Positions 11,355 to 22,370 of a DNA stretch of 64,000 nt are shown one piece after another. The position numbers and the translations under genes are program-made. The stretch lies in assembly GCA_965224085.1 (NCBI GenBank), contig CBDCYI010000005.1, forward strand, positions 1,824,001 through 1,888,000. Reading direction: 5' to 3'. Every line of letters begins with the position of its first letter. The first letter of the stretch is position 1. The notes under the pieces are model-generated. The model worked only from the letters and a program-made list of their open reading frames with translations. It was not told where the DNA came from and made no database searches. Origin of the DNA: Candidatus Marinacidobacterales bacterium (GTDB taxonomy: Bacteria > Acidobacteriota > Vicinamibacteria > Marinacidobacterales > SMYC01).

Positions 11355-13805
11355 ATGGCCACCACGGCTGAACGACTGCCCGTCAACATCGAAGACGAAA
11401 TGAAGCGGTCCTATATGGACTACGCGATGTCGGTCATCATTGGCCGCGCATTGCCGGACGTTCGCGACGGCTTGAAACCGGTCCATCGGCGGGTCCTCTA
11501 CGCGATGTACCGTGAAGGGCTCTTATCGAACCGGGCCTATTCAAAATGCGCGGGAATCGTCGGCGAGGTTCTCAAGAAATATCACCCGCATGGAGACTCC
11601 GCCGTCTACGACACGCTCGTCCGCATGGCACAGGACTTCAATCTGCGGACTCCGCTCATCGACGGCCAGGGAAATTTTGGCTCCGTAGACGGCGACCCAC
11701 CCGCGGCCTATCGATACACGGAAGCCCGTTTGACGGCGCTTGCCGAGAGCATGATGAGGGACATCGACAAGGATACCGTCGACTTCGTCCCGAATTTCGA
11801 TGGCAATACGGCGGAGCCCACCGTGCTGCCGACCGCCGCACCCAACTTGCTCGTCAACGGATCCGCGGGTATCGCGGTCGGAATGGCGACGAATATTCCG
11901 CCGCACAACCTCCGAGAAGTCGTGGACGGGATTCTCTACGCGCTCGAGAACCAGTCGATGGACGACGAGGAGCTCACGACGGGGCTTCTCGGGATCATCA
12001 AAGGCCCGGATTTTCCAACCGCGGCTTTCCTTCACGGACGTGGCGGGATCGAGCAGGCCTATCGCACCGGCCGCGGCTCGATTCAGCTGCGTGCCCGAGC
12101 GACGATCGAGGATACACGGAAAGACCGCCAGGCCATCATCATCACAGAAATTCCCTATCAAGTGAACAAAGCGAAACTCCAGGAGAAGATTGGCGAGCTC
12201 GTTCGCGACAAGAAGCTCGACGGTATCTCCGACATGAGGGACGAGTCCGATCGTCGCGGCATGCGGATTGTCATCGACTTGAAACGTGGCGAAGTCGGTC
12301 AGGTCGTCCTCAACAATCTTTACAAACATACGACGCTTCAAACGAGCTTCGGCATCATCCTTCTCGCGATCGTCGACAACCGCCCGAAGGTCCTCAAGCT
12401 CATCGAGGTGCTGCGTCTGTTCATCGACTTCCGTCGTGACATCGTTCGCAGGCGAACGGCCTACGAGCTCCGAAAAGCCGAAGCGCGCGCGCATATCCTC
12501 GAAGGCTTCGTCGTAGCACTCGACCATCTCGATGCCGTGATCGAGCTCATCCGTGCGTCGAAAGACCCCGCCGCGGCCCGTTCGGCTCTGATCGAGCAAT
12601 ACGAGCTCAGCGAGATCCAAGCCCAAGCGGTTCTCGATTTGCAGTTGCAACGGCTCACGGGGATGGAGCGCGACAAGATCATCACCGAGCACGAAGAGAT
12701 CCAAAAGCGCATCGCGGAGCTGAGGGCGATTCTGGCAAGTGCCACGAAGATCGACGCCATCGTTCGTGAAGAGCTCGAAGAAGTGAAAGAGAAGTTCGGA
12801 GAGGACCGTCGCACCGAGATCATCGCAAAAACGCAGGAGATCAGCGTCGAGGACATGATCGCCGAAGAGGACATGGTCATCACCGTGTCCCATTCCGGTT
12901 ATGTGAAGCGCAGCCCCCTCTCCGTCTACCGCAAGCAGAAACGCGGCGGCAAAGGCCGGAAGGGGATGCAGACGCGTGAAGAGGACTTTGTCGACCACCT
13001 CTTCATTGCCTCGACCCATGCGTACATCATGATATTCACCAACCACGGCAAGGTTTATTGGTTGAAGGTTCACGAGATCCCTGCGGTTGGCGCCGCCGGC
13101 AAAGGCAAGGCCATCGTGAACTTGGTCGCCATGCGGCCCGAGGAAACCCTCGCCGCCGTCTGTGCGGTGAAGGAATTCCCTGAGGACCGGTTCGTCCTTA
13201 TGGCGACAAGAAAAGGCACCATCAAGAAGACACCTTTGTCCTCCTTCAAAAACCCGAACGCGCGGGGCCTCATCGCGATCGCTATCGACACTGACGACGA
13301 GCTCATCGTGGCGGCGATCACCGAGGGCGACAGCCAGGTGGTTCTCGCCTCCCGCTCAGGTAAAACGATCCGATTCACGGAGACCGATGTCCGCATCACG
13401 GGGCGTACCACGCGGGGCGTGAGGGGCATCCGCCTCGGAGCAGGAGATGCTGTGGTGAGCATGGCGGTCGTAAACACCGAGGGAACGCTTTTGACCGTCA
13501 CCGAGAAAGGCTACGGGAAGAGGAGCCACGTCGAAAGCTACCGGTTCCAGACTCGCGGCGGCCAAGGCGTCATCAACATCAAAACCACGAAGCGCAACGG
13601 CGATGTTGTCGCCGTACCATTCGTGAACGACGAAGACGAAGTCATGGCCATCACCGCGCAAGGCATGATCCTCCGGCTGCGCGTCAAAGATTTCAACATT
13701 CTGGGCCGCATCACGCAGGGTGTACGGCTCATCCATCTCGATGAAGGGGATCAGGTGGTCGCGGTCGCAAAGCTCGCCGAGAAGGTCGACGACAACGGCA
13801 AGTGA
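11355..13805 (+). CDS. gyrA: DNA gyrase subunit A
   Basis: RALPDVRDGLKPVHRR, HPHGDSAVY, AAYRYTE, GyrA box QKRGGKG. Confidence 0.98.
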   Translation: MATTAERLPVNIEDEMKRSYMDYAMSVIIGRALPDVRDGLKPVHRRVLYAMYREGLLSNRAYSKCAGIVGEVLKKYHPHGDSAVYDTLVRMAQDFNLRTPLIDGQGNFGSVDGDPPAAYRYTEARLTALAESMMRDIDKDTVDFVPNFDGNTAEPTVLPTAAPNLLVNGSAGIAVGMATNIPPHNLREVVDGILYALENQSMDDEELTTGLLGIIKGPDFPTAAFLHGRGGIEQAYRTGRGSIQLRARATIEDTRKDRQAIIITEIPYQVNKAKLQEKIGELVRDKKLDGISDMRDESDRRGMRIVIDLKRGEVGQVVLNNLYKHTTLQTSFGIILLAIVDNRPKVLKLIEVLRLFIDFRRDIVRRRTAYELRKAEARAHILEGFVVALDHLDAVIELIRASKDPAAARSALIEQYELSEIQAQAVLDLQLQRLTGMERDKIITEHEEIQKRIAELRAILASATKIDAIVREELEEVKEKFGEDRRTEIIAKTQEISVEDMIAEEDMVITVSHSGYVKRSPLSVYRKQKRGGKGRKGMQTREEDFVDHLFIASTHAYIMIFTNHGKVYWLKVHEIPAVGAAGKGKAIVNLVAMRPEETLAAVCAVKEFPEDRFVLMATRKGTIKKTPLSSFKNPNARGLIAIAIDTDDELIVAAITEGDSQVVLASRSGKTIRFTETDVRITGRTTRGVRGIRLGAGDAVVSMAVVNTEGTLLTVTEKGYGKRSHVESYRFQTRGGQGVINIKTTKRNGDVVAVPFVNDEDEVMAITAQGMILRLRVKDFNILGRITQGVRLIHLDEGDQVVAVAKLAEKVDDNGK

Positions 13806-13919
13806 TTGGCTATCCGCCCATCGACTGATATACACTCGTCGCGATCGGGGTCCCGAGTGTCCTTACAGGGCACGAGGGCCCGCCCGCGCCGGCAGCAATT
13901 ACCACCGTATCGACTCTTT

Positions 13920-14805
13920 ATGGCCGCCTTTGTTCTGCGAGCAGCGCTCCTCTCGTTCGCCATCGCTGCAATCGGATGCGGCAGCCGCGGCGACCGACTC
14001 TTCGCCGAAGCCCAGCGAGCGATGGAGGACGACGACAGTCAAAAGCGCCGCGCGGCTCTATAAAGAGGTCACCATCCAGGCGCCCGAAAGCCCACTGGCC
14101 GCCGAGGCGCATTACGAGCTCGCTCGGATCTACTATCTACGCCTAAAGAACGTCGAGGCGGCCCGGGACAGCCTCATGACCGTCCTGCAGGATTATCCAG
14201 ATTCCACGCTCGGGCAACCTGCGCGGCACTTGCTGGCGCGGCTCTATGACGAGGTCTTCAAGGAGCCACAAAAAGCCTTGATGCACTATCGCGCCCTTTT
14301 AGCGGAGGACCTCGAGGACGACCTCCGGCGCGACACGCTTCTCGCGATAGCCCATTGCTACTATGCGCTCAACGCGCTCGACGCCGCCAAAGACGCTTAT
14401 CGCCGCGCGCTGGCTCCGAGCTATCACCCGGATACGGACGGCGCTTACTTGCGGCTTGCAAACCTCGAGTGGCTTTCCGGCGGCACCGACGAATCGCTGC
14501 GCTTGCTGCGCGATCTCCAAACAAAGACCGCGGACCTGGAGCGCCGCCGCGAAGCGATGTTGAGCGAAATCGAGATACTCCTGAGTTTGGGACGCTTCCC
14601 CGACGCTCATGCGCGGCTCCGTGAGGCCGAGAGAGCCTTTCCGCGCTCGACCGAGCTACAAGAGCTTTCTATCCGCCTTCAAGCCACGGAAACTCTCCTC
14701 GCCTCGCTCGACGGCGCCGGAGAGGAAGCCCTTTTGCAAGAACAGCAAAAGAAAATAAGATGGGGTGGTCGCCGCCGCCGAAGGCCGGCACCAAGAGAAC
14801 CCTAG
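13920..14805 (+). CDS. TPR-repeat lipoprotein, apparently frameshifted near 14041
   Basis: Signal/lipobox ..IAAIGC in one frame; TPR helices (AEAHYELARIY, AIAHCYY) in another, joined at an A-run; possibly a sequencing error. Confidence 0.6.
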
Positions 14806-15040
14806 TCCCCGCTATCAGTAGTTCGTCACGCAAATCTCGGGCCCTTTTGCGCGCTGGCGTCGTTGCTGCATGGTTTGCAGTTCGGCTTCGGGCCTGGCCC
14901 TCCAAAATAACCCAATGTACGTCATCGTCACGCCTCGCCAGCCCACAAAATGACCTCGAGCTTTATGCACGAGCCGCGGGTCCGAGCACTAGTGGCCCCG
15001 GTGGGCAAAACGTGGTCTGATCGACCCATATGGGGGAAGC

Positions 15041-15712
15041 ATGAAACGGCTCATGGTGTGCGCCGTGGCGGCGGCTCTTTCGGGTGTCGCCTGTGTTGGA
15101 CCGGAAGAAGAGATCCTCGAGCGCTACCTGCTGGCATCCCAGAGGGGAGACAGCCCCACTGTTGCCGCGCTCTCCATGGTGGCGTTTCCGGAGGACGACG
15201 TTCAATCCTGGAACATTCTCGAGGTCGGCAAGTTGCGCACCGAGCCGTACACCATCCCCGTGCTCCGGGAGACCGTCGGGCTGGCGGAAGACGAGCGTGA
15301 TGCGCAGTTCAAAGCCTTCGGCGACTTTCGAAGGAAGAACTACGCGTCGCTCACACGCATCCAAGCCCGCCTTAGAGAGGAGCCGGACTATCATTTCTCA
15401 GGCCGCCTCGGAGAGCTGCAGGATGAGTGGGATGCGTTTCGAGTCGAGCGCAGCGAAGTTGTCGCCAAGCTTCACGATGCGGAGATCGCCTTCGAGCGCG
15501 AGCTCCGCCGCGTGAACAAATCGTTGCAACGCGAATCGAGCCCCGAATATCTGACGGGGGAGATGCTTCTCAAAAACGCCCGCGTACGCGTCACGACCGA
15601 GGTGGGCGACGGACATTTCGACTTCACGCTGACGCAATACGCGTTGAAGAATCAGTTCGACGCGCTCGTGCCGGCGCGCTGGATCATCACCGCCGTCGAG
15701 AAGACGAGCTAA
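15041..15712 (+). CDS. Hypothetical lipoprotein
   Basis: MKRLMVCAVAAALSGVAC lipobox; purine-rich RBS GGGGGAAG. Confidence 0.7.
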   Translation: MKRLMVCAVAAALSGVACVGPEEEILERYLLASQRGDSPTVAALSMVAFPEDDVQSWNILEVGKLRTEPYTIPVLRETVGLAEDERDAQFKAFGDFRRKNYASLTRIQARLREEPDYHFSGRLGELQDEWDAFRVERSEVVAKLHDAEIAFERELRRVNKSLQRESSPEYLTGEMLLKNARVRVTTEVGDGHFDFTLTQYALKNQFDALVPARWIITAVEKTS

Positions 15713-17838
15713 CTCAAGATCTGAAGTTTCGCGTACTGGGCCACCAGCCGCTTCCGGCCCGCGTTTCGGAAAACGACCGTGATCTTGCGATCGGGTCCGC
15801 TGCCGGTGGCGTCGACGATTCTGCCCTCGCCAAACTTGTCGTGACGTACAAGTGCTCCCGGCCGCAGCGAGCCGCGGTGGCTCTTCGGGGAGCCAGGCCC
15901 GCTCTCGAGCGGGACGCGGCTCAGCTGCCCGCCATGCAGGTCACTGTCCGGGATTTCCGCCAAAAAGCGCGAGGGCTGTCGAGAGTTCGTCTGATAGGAG
16001 AATCGCCGTGACTCGGCGAAGCAAAGGTAAAGCTTACGCTTCGCGCGCGTCATCCCGACATAGAACAAGCGTCGCTCCTCCTCGAGGGCTTTGGGATCCC
16101 CGCTCGCCCGGATGTGCGGGAACAGGCCTTCTTCGAGCCCAGCGAGAAACACAACGTCGAACTCCAGGCCTTTGGCGGCGTGAAGCGTCATGAGAAGACA
16201 CGGCGCCGGTCCATCGACTGTGTCGATATCGGTGAGCAAACCCACACCGTCGAGAAAACCGTGAAGCGCCGGCGCGGCTTCGCGGGCTTCGTACTCTGCT
16301 GCTGCTGCGATGAGCTGCGCGAGATTTTCTTTACGCTCCCGCGCCGCGGCCTCGCCCTCGCGTTCGAGCTCCGCGAGAAGGCCGGCCGTATCGAGCGCAC
16401 CGCGGACGAGCTCGGAGGGTCTGCTCTGTGCAGCCTTTTTGGTCATCGTCAGAACAACCTCGCGAAATTGCGTGAGCCCGAGCCGAGGGCGTCCCGGCAA
16501 GAGATCGCCGTCGAGGACTTCGTGGGCGGCGTCCCAAAGCGAGCAGCCTGCCGCAGCCGCAGTGCGCTGGAGCATGGCGGTCGTGGCTTGGCCCACGCCC
16601 CGCTGCGGGACGTTGACGACGCGAACGAAGCTGGCGTCGTCGTGCGGGTTCGACACGAGACGGACATAGGCGAGAACGTCTTTGATCTCGCGGCGATCGT
16701 AGAAGCGCAGGCCACCGAGAACACAGTGCGGCACGCCTCGCGCGACGAGCTCTTCTTCGAAGATCCGCGTTTGCGCGTGGGTACGGAGCAAGATGGCCGC
16801 CCGCGCATTGGGCTCGTCGCGCCGCGTCCGATCGAGGGTGCGCGCCACGAAAGCTGCCTCTTCGCGATCGTCTTCGGCGCCGTGGAGCTCTGGTCGCGTG
16901 CCTTCGTCGAGGCTCGCGATCAAGCGCTTGTCTTTCCGCGAGCGGTTGTTTTGGATGACCGCGCTCGCGGCGCGGAGGATGGCCGCCCCCGAGCGATAGT
17001 TCACTTCGAGCTTTACGGTTCTGGCGTTTTTGAAGTCGGACTCGAAATCGAGGATATTCCGCAGGTCCGCGCCGCGAAAGCTGTAGATGGATTGATCCTC
17101 GTCACCGACGACGAAGACGTTCCCGTGAGGTGCAAGGAGGCGCAGAAGACGGTACTGGATCCTGTTCGTGTCCTGATATTCGTCGACGAGTAGGTGACGA
17201 AAGCGCCGCTCCGCGAATCCTTGCGCCCGCTCGGAGCACTCCATGAGCTCTACGCTCCGCAGCAGCAAATCGTCGAAGTCGACCGCACCTTGAGCGTCGA
17301 GCTCTTTCTGATATTGCGGCGCGACCATTTCCAGGACTTGGTGAAAGCGGGGATCTCCCGAGCGGCGCCCGGAAAAAGCGCGGAGCTTGTACTCGGAGAC
17401 CGCCGCTGCGATGCGCGCCAGCGGAAACTCGCGCTCCGACAGGTTCTGCGCGCGACAGATGCGGCGTAGCAAGGCTTTCCGGTCGTCGGTGGTGTAGAGC
17501 GTGAAACCCGAGCGCAGGCCGACATCCTCCCCGAATCGGCGAAGAAGCCGCAGCGCTAGCGCGTGAAAAGTGTGAATCGCCACGTCCTTTCCCGAATCGC
17601 TCAAGAGCGCGCGCACGCGGGCGCGCATCTCGTCCGCGGCTTTGTTGGTGAACGTCACCGCGAGGATCGTCTCCGGTGCGTTGCCACGGCCTTCGATGAG
17701 ATAGGCGATGCGGTGCACGATGACGCGTGTTTTGCCAGACCCAGCCCCGGCGAGCACGAGAAGCGCCCCGTCGGGTGCCGTTACCGCTTCGCGTTGCTGA
17801 TCATTCAAGTGATCGAGAAGGGCCTCGGGCATCGGCAC
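15709..17838 (-). CDS. uvrD: UvrD/PcrA SF1 helicase
   Basis: LAGAGSGKT, VDEYQDTN, VGDEDQSIY, NYRS, TLHAAKGLEF, EEERRLFYVGMTRA, C-terminal Tudor-like HDKFGEG. Confidence 0.93.
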   Translation of the reverse strand: MPMPEALLDHLNDQQREAVTAPDGALLVLAGAGSGKTRVIVHRIAYLIEGRGNAPETILAVTFTNKAADEMRARVRALLSDSGKDVAIHTFHALALRLLRRFGEDVGLRSGFTLYTTDDRKALLRRICRAQNLSEREFPLARIAAAVSEYKLRAFSGRRSGDPRFHQVLEMVAPQYQKELDAQGAVDFDDLLLRSVELMECSERAQGFAERRFRHLLVDEYQDTNRIQYRLLRLLAPHGNVFVVGDEDQSIYSFRGADLRNILDFESDFKNARTVKLEVNYRSGAAILRAASAVIQNNRSRKDKRLIASLDEGTRPELHGAEDDREEAAFVARTLDRTRRDEPNARAAILLRTHAQTRIFEEELVARGVPHCVLGGLRFYDRREIKDVLAYVRLVSNPHDDASFVRVVNVPQRGVGQATTAMLQRTAAAAGCSLWDAAHEVLDGDLLPGRPRLGLTQFREVVLTMTKKAAQSRPSELVRGALDTAGLLAELEREGEAAARERKENLAQLIAAAAEYEAREAAPALHGFLDGVGLLTDIDTVDGPAPCLLMTLHAAKGLEFDVVFLAGLEEGLFPHIRASGDPKALEEERRLFYVGMTRAKRKLYLCFAESRRFSYQTNSRQPSRFLAEIPDSDLHGGQLSRVPLESGPGSPKSHRGSLRPGALVRHDKFGEGRIVDATGSGPDRKITVVFRNAGRKRLVAQYAKLQILS

Positions 17839-18126
17839 AGTTTAGCTCATGCCGAAGACCGCGCTCCGATAAAAGCTACCCGACCCTATTGATCATTGTG
17901 GCGCGACTCTCCCCGCTCCGGAGACCGTCACCGACACTATCGGGTTTCCCAAGTACCGGACGACGCCCGCGCCCGCGACCTGACCGCTGAGGCTCTCGCG
18001 CACATTGTTCCTCATTCTTTTCCCCCCGAGCTAACTAACTAGTACCCGTCCTGACAGGTGTAAGAGGTTGAGAAAAAAGGGGTAATCGCAAATTTAGGGC
18101 TAGCCTTCTGAGGGAGTGTCGTTTAG

Positions 18127-18751
18127 TCCGCTAATAAACCCGCCGCCTCTGGCGGCGTGACCCGAAGAGCATCGAGCGATCCGGCGTGTGCTAGGTTCCC
18201 CCTCCGGGAAGACCCTGTGGGGCCTCCGAAAGGAGAACCTGCATGCACGAATGGAAAAGCCTGTCGCAAGTGCGATGGGAATGCAAGTACCACGTGGTGA
18301 TCATCCCCAAGTATCGTAGAAGGGTGTTATATGGGGACCTTCGGCGTCGCGTGGGGCGAATTCTTCGAGAGCTTTGTGAGCAGAGAGGAGTAGAACTGAT
18401 AGAAGGCAACGCGCAACCGGACCACATCCACCTGTGTATGAGCATCCCTCCCAAGTACAGCGTATCTCACACGATCGGTTTTCTGAAAGGGAAGAGTGCG
18501 GTACGCATCCACCGAGAATTGCTGAAAGAACGTCGTATGACGGGCTTGCATTTTTGGGCGAAGGGGTACTGTGTGAGTACGGTTGGGACGAGGAGCGAAT
18601 AAGAAAGTACATCCGGGAGCAAGAAAAGCTTGAGTCTCGCCAAGGTGATCTCGACCTGAGTTAACGAGAGACGGCCCCAAGCCTTCCCAACGTCATCGGC
18701 CCCCTCGGGGGGGCCTTCCTAAACCCACGCCCTATGGGCGTGGTCGGTTAG
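18127..18751 (+). mobile_element. tnpA: IS200-family element (625 bp), tnpA 18243-18664 with a frameshift near 18585
   Basis: CKYHVVIIPKYRR, HUH motif DHIHL, FWAKGYCVSTVG, IRKYIREQE; subterminal hairpins; ends fixed by comparison with the empty site in copy 2. Confidence 0.92.
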
Positions 18752-18811
18752 TATCGAGTCGACAAAAACGCAGATTCTAAACGACTTAACTCCAAAGGAG
18801 ACCAGCCCTAA

Positions 18812-20176
18812 ATGCGAAAAACGATCAACCCACAACCAAGCCTTCGCGAGCCCTGGCTGGAGCTGGAGCACGCACGCGAGCTCGAAACGATATCATCGCT
18901 GCTCGATGCCCATCCTAAGCTCAATGAGCTGGTACTGCAAGACCTGAGGTCGGTCACCCCATCGGCAGGGAGCGATGTTGGTCGTGGGGGAATGAGCGCG
19001 GAGCAGGTTCTCCGGGCGTTGTTGGTCAAGCAGCTGAATCAGTTCACCTATCGGGAGCTGGCGTTTCACTTGGCAGACTCTCGAAGCTATCGGACGTTTT
19101 GCCAGCTCGGCATCATAGAGCCGAGCCCGTCGAAGTCGACCCTAGCAGCAAACATCAAAGCCGTGAAGTTCGAAACGCTGGAGAAAATCAACCGAGAGTT
19201 GGTGAGTGTTGCCGAGAAGACCGCGATCGAAAAAGGAAGAAAAGTACGAGTGGACTGCACGGTAGTGGAGTCGAATATTCATTCTCCTACGGACTCCGAG
19301 CTTCTTTATGACTGCGTCCGAGTTCTCACTCGCCTCATGTGCCGAACTCGCGAACTGCTGGGTACAGTAGTGGTCTTCGGCAATCGAACGCGTCGAGCGA
19401 AGAGACGTCGACTGGGAGTTCTAAACGCGAAGGATAAGGAACAAAGGCGTCGCGTCTATCGAGATCTACTGAAGGTGTCGGAAGAAACCTATCGCTCCGC
19501 TCAACGCGTTGCAGACCAGTTGGACGAGTCCGGCTTGACCGAGCCGGTGAAGCGAGCGAGTGCGGAGAAGATCGCCGCGGATTTTAAGCACTTTCTCGTC
19601 CTCACCGAAAAAGTCATCAACCAAACTCGGCGTAGAGTGATTGATGAAGAGCGTGTGCCTGCGGAGGAAAAGGTCGTTTCGATCTTCGAAGAACACACCG
19701 ACATTATTCGCAAAGACCGGCGCGAGACTCTCTACGGTCACAAGGTGTGTTTGACTGGTGGCTCGTCCTCGATGATTTTGGATTGCGTGATCTTGGATGG
19801 GAATCCGTCCGATTCAACTCTCGCGGAAACCATGATCGACCGTCAAGTCGAACTCTACGAACGGGCCCCGCGCCAGGTTGCCTACGATGGCGCGTTTTCT
19901 TCAAAGGCAAACTTGGAAGCCATCAAAGGCAAGGGAGTTGAAGATGTTGCCTTTACCAAGGCTCACTTCGCGGTGACCGATATGGTCAAGAGTTCCTGGG
20001 TCTATCAACGCCTACGGCGATTTCGCTGCGGAATCGAAGGCGTCATTTCGTTCTTGAAACGAGTCTTTGGTCTCGACCGATGCACATGGCGCTCATTGCC
20101 TTCTTTCAAATCCTACGTATGGAGTTCCATCATCACCTGCAACCTGTTGGTAATGGCAAGGCACCTATTACGATAA
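18812..20176 (+). CDS. DDE transposase (ISNCY-type)
   Basis: VRVDCTVVE, AYDGAF, RFRCGIEGVISFLKRVFGL. Confidence 0.9.
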   Translation: MRKTINPQPSLREPWLELEHARELETISSLLDAHPKLNELVLQDLRSVTPSAGSDVGRGGMSAEQVLRALLVKQLNQFTYRELAFHLADSRSYRTFCQLGIIEPSPSKSTLAANIKAVKFETLEKINRELVSVAEKTAIEKGRKVRVDCTVVESNIHSPTDSELLYDCVRVLTRLMCRTRELLGTVVVFGNRTRRAKRRRLGVLNAKDKEQRRRVYRDLLKVSEETYRSAQRVADQLDESGLTEPVKRASAEKIAADFKHFLVLTEKVINQTRRRVIDEERVPAEEKVVSIFEEHTDIIRKDRRETLYGHKVCLTGGSSSMILDCVILDGNPSDSTLAETMIDRQVELYERAPRQVAYDGAFSSKANLEAIKGKGVEDVAFTKAHFAVTDMVKSSWVYQRLRRFRCGIEGVISFLKRVFGLDRCTWRSLPSFKSYVWSSIITCNLLVMARHLLR

Positions 20177-20356
20177 TAATGATTACTCTTACTGCGTTTA
20201 TAGCCATGGATTGCTGACGATTCGCCTCTCGTTTCGTCCAAGATTTTCATTCGCTTCCGAGCCTACGAGGTGCCGACTGAAAACGTATAATACCCACATC
20301 TTCGATAGGCCTCTCGTACACCACAAGTTATGGTGTTTCTGGACAGGAACTAACTA

Positions 20357-22040
20357 GTACCCGTCCTGACAGGTGTAAGAGGTTGAGAAAAAAGGGGTAA
20401 TCGCAAATTTAGGGCTAGCCTTCTGAGGGAGTGTCGTTTAGTATCGAGTCGACAAAAACGCAGATTCTAAACGACTTAACTCCAAAGGAGACCAGCCCTA
20501 AATGCGAAAAACGATCAACCCACAACCAAGCCTTCGCGAGCCCTGGCTGGAGCTGGAGCACGCACGCGAGCTCGAAACGATATCATCGCTGCTCGATGCC
20601 CATCCTAAGCTGAATGAGCTGGTACTGCAAGACCTGAGGTCGGTCACCCCATCGGCAGGGAGCGATGTTGGTCGTGGGGGAATGAGCGCGGAGCAGGTTC
20701 TCCGGGCGTTGTTGGTCAAGCAGCTGAATCAGTTCACCTATCGGGAGCTGGCGTTTCACTTGGCAGACTCTCGAAGCTATCGGACGTTTTGCCAGCTCGG
20801 CATCATAGAGCCGAGCCCGTCGAAGTCGACCCTAGCAGCAAACATCAAAGCCGTGAAGTTCGAAACGCTGGAGAAAATCAACCGAGAGTTGGTGAGTGTT
20901 GCCGAGAAGACCGCGATCGAAAAAGGAAGAAAAGTACGAGTGGACTGCACGGTAGTGGAGTCGAATATTCATTCTCCTACGGACTCCGAGCTTCTTTATG
21001 ACTGCGTCCGAGTTCTCACTCGCCTCATGTGCCGAACTCGCGAACTGCTGGGTACAGTAGTGGTCTTCGGCAATCGAACGCGTCGAGCGAAGAGACGTCG
21101 ACTGGGAGTTCTAAACGCGAAGGATAAGGAACAAAGGCGTCGCGTCTATCGAGATCTACTGAAGGTGTCGGAAGAAACCTATCGCTCCGCTCAACGCGTT
21201 GCAGACCAGTTGGACGAGTCCGGCTTGACCGAGCCGGTGAAGCGAGCGAGTGCGGAGAAGATCGCCGCGGATTTTAAGCACTTTCTCGTCCTCACCGAAA
21301 AAGTCATCAACCAAACTCGGCGTAGAGTGATTGATGAAGAGCGTGTGCCTGCGGAGGAAAAGGTCGTTTCGATCTTCGAAGAACACACCGACATTATTCG
21401 CAAAGACCGGCGCGAGACTCTCTACGGTCACAAGGTGTGTTTGACTGGTGGCTCGTCCTCGATGATTTTGGATTGCGTGATCTTGGATGGGAATCCGTCC
21501 GATTCAACTCTCGCGGAAACCATGATCGACCGTCAAGTCGAACTCTACGAACGGGCCCCGCGCCAGGTTGCCTACGATGGCGCGTTTTCTTCAAAGGCAA
21601 ACTTGGAAGCCATCAAAGGCAAGGGAGTTGAAGATGTTGCCTTTACCAAGGCTCACTTCGCGGTGACCGATATGGTCAAGAGTTCCTGGGTCTATCAACG
21701 CCTACGGCGATTTCGCTGCGGAATCGAAGGCGTCATTTCGTTCTTGAAACGAGTCTTTGGTCTCGACCGATGCACATGGCGCTCATTGCCTTCTTTCAAA
21801 TCCTACGTATGGAGTTCCATCATCACCTGCAACCTGTTGGTAATGGCAAGGCACCTATTACGATAATAATGATTACTCTTACTGCGTTTATAGCCATGGA
21901 TTGCTGACGATTCGCCTCTCGTTTCGTCCAAGATTTTCATTCGCTTCCGAGCCTACGAGGTGCCGACTGAAAACGTATAATACCCACATCTTCGATAGGC
22001 CTCTCGTACACCACAAGTTATGGTGTTTCTGGACAGGAAC
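20357..22040 (+). mobile_element. ISNCY-type IS, copy 2 (1684 bp), tandem with copy 1
   Basis: Near-identical to copy 1; transposase 20502-21866; TAACTA on both sides. Confidence 0.88.
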
Positions 22041-22370
22041 TAACTAGAAACAAATAAAGAGGTATTCCGTTACTTCCTCTCGAAGGCGCCCGGAGTGCTA
22101 TTCGGTCGCCCTTACAGAGAAAGGCGCAAACTCGAGGCTGGAACTGGCACCCACGACCCGAGAAAATTACCCTCTGCGTACCACCACGTTAAAGGTAGGA
22201 AAAATCAGGATTAGGCGGCGTGCCAGCCGATGAGTCGCAGGCTCCGTCTCACAAAAGCCGTGGGGTAAACGACTGCGCCCCGCTATTGTTATCTCGCCCG
22301 CTTCAAAGCTATCCCGCGACGGGCAGGGATATCACCGTCTACCGAGACCGAAGGCAGTGCTTCGAAAAAG

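Larger units (their letters stand above)
18042..20350 (+). mobile_element. ISNCY-type (ISDol1-like) IS, copy 1, carrying a nested IS200
   Basis: Imperfect IRs GTACCCGTCC / GGACAGGAAC flanked by TAACTA repeats; 454-aa DDE transposase 18812-20176; the subgroup is inferred from size and DR length. Confidence 0.85.

Noticed and set aside
11541-13073. Long antisense ORFs (510 aa here; similar ones over uvrA, gyrB, uvrD, clpC and SNF2)
   Set aside because: These are shadow frames expected from high-GC codon bias opposite well-supported genes.
22047-22370. ncRNA or riboswitch between the IS dimer and glmS
   Set aside because: It lies downstream of convergent genes and I saw no recognisable motif or strong structure.
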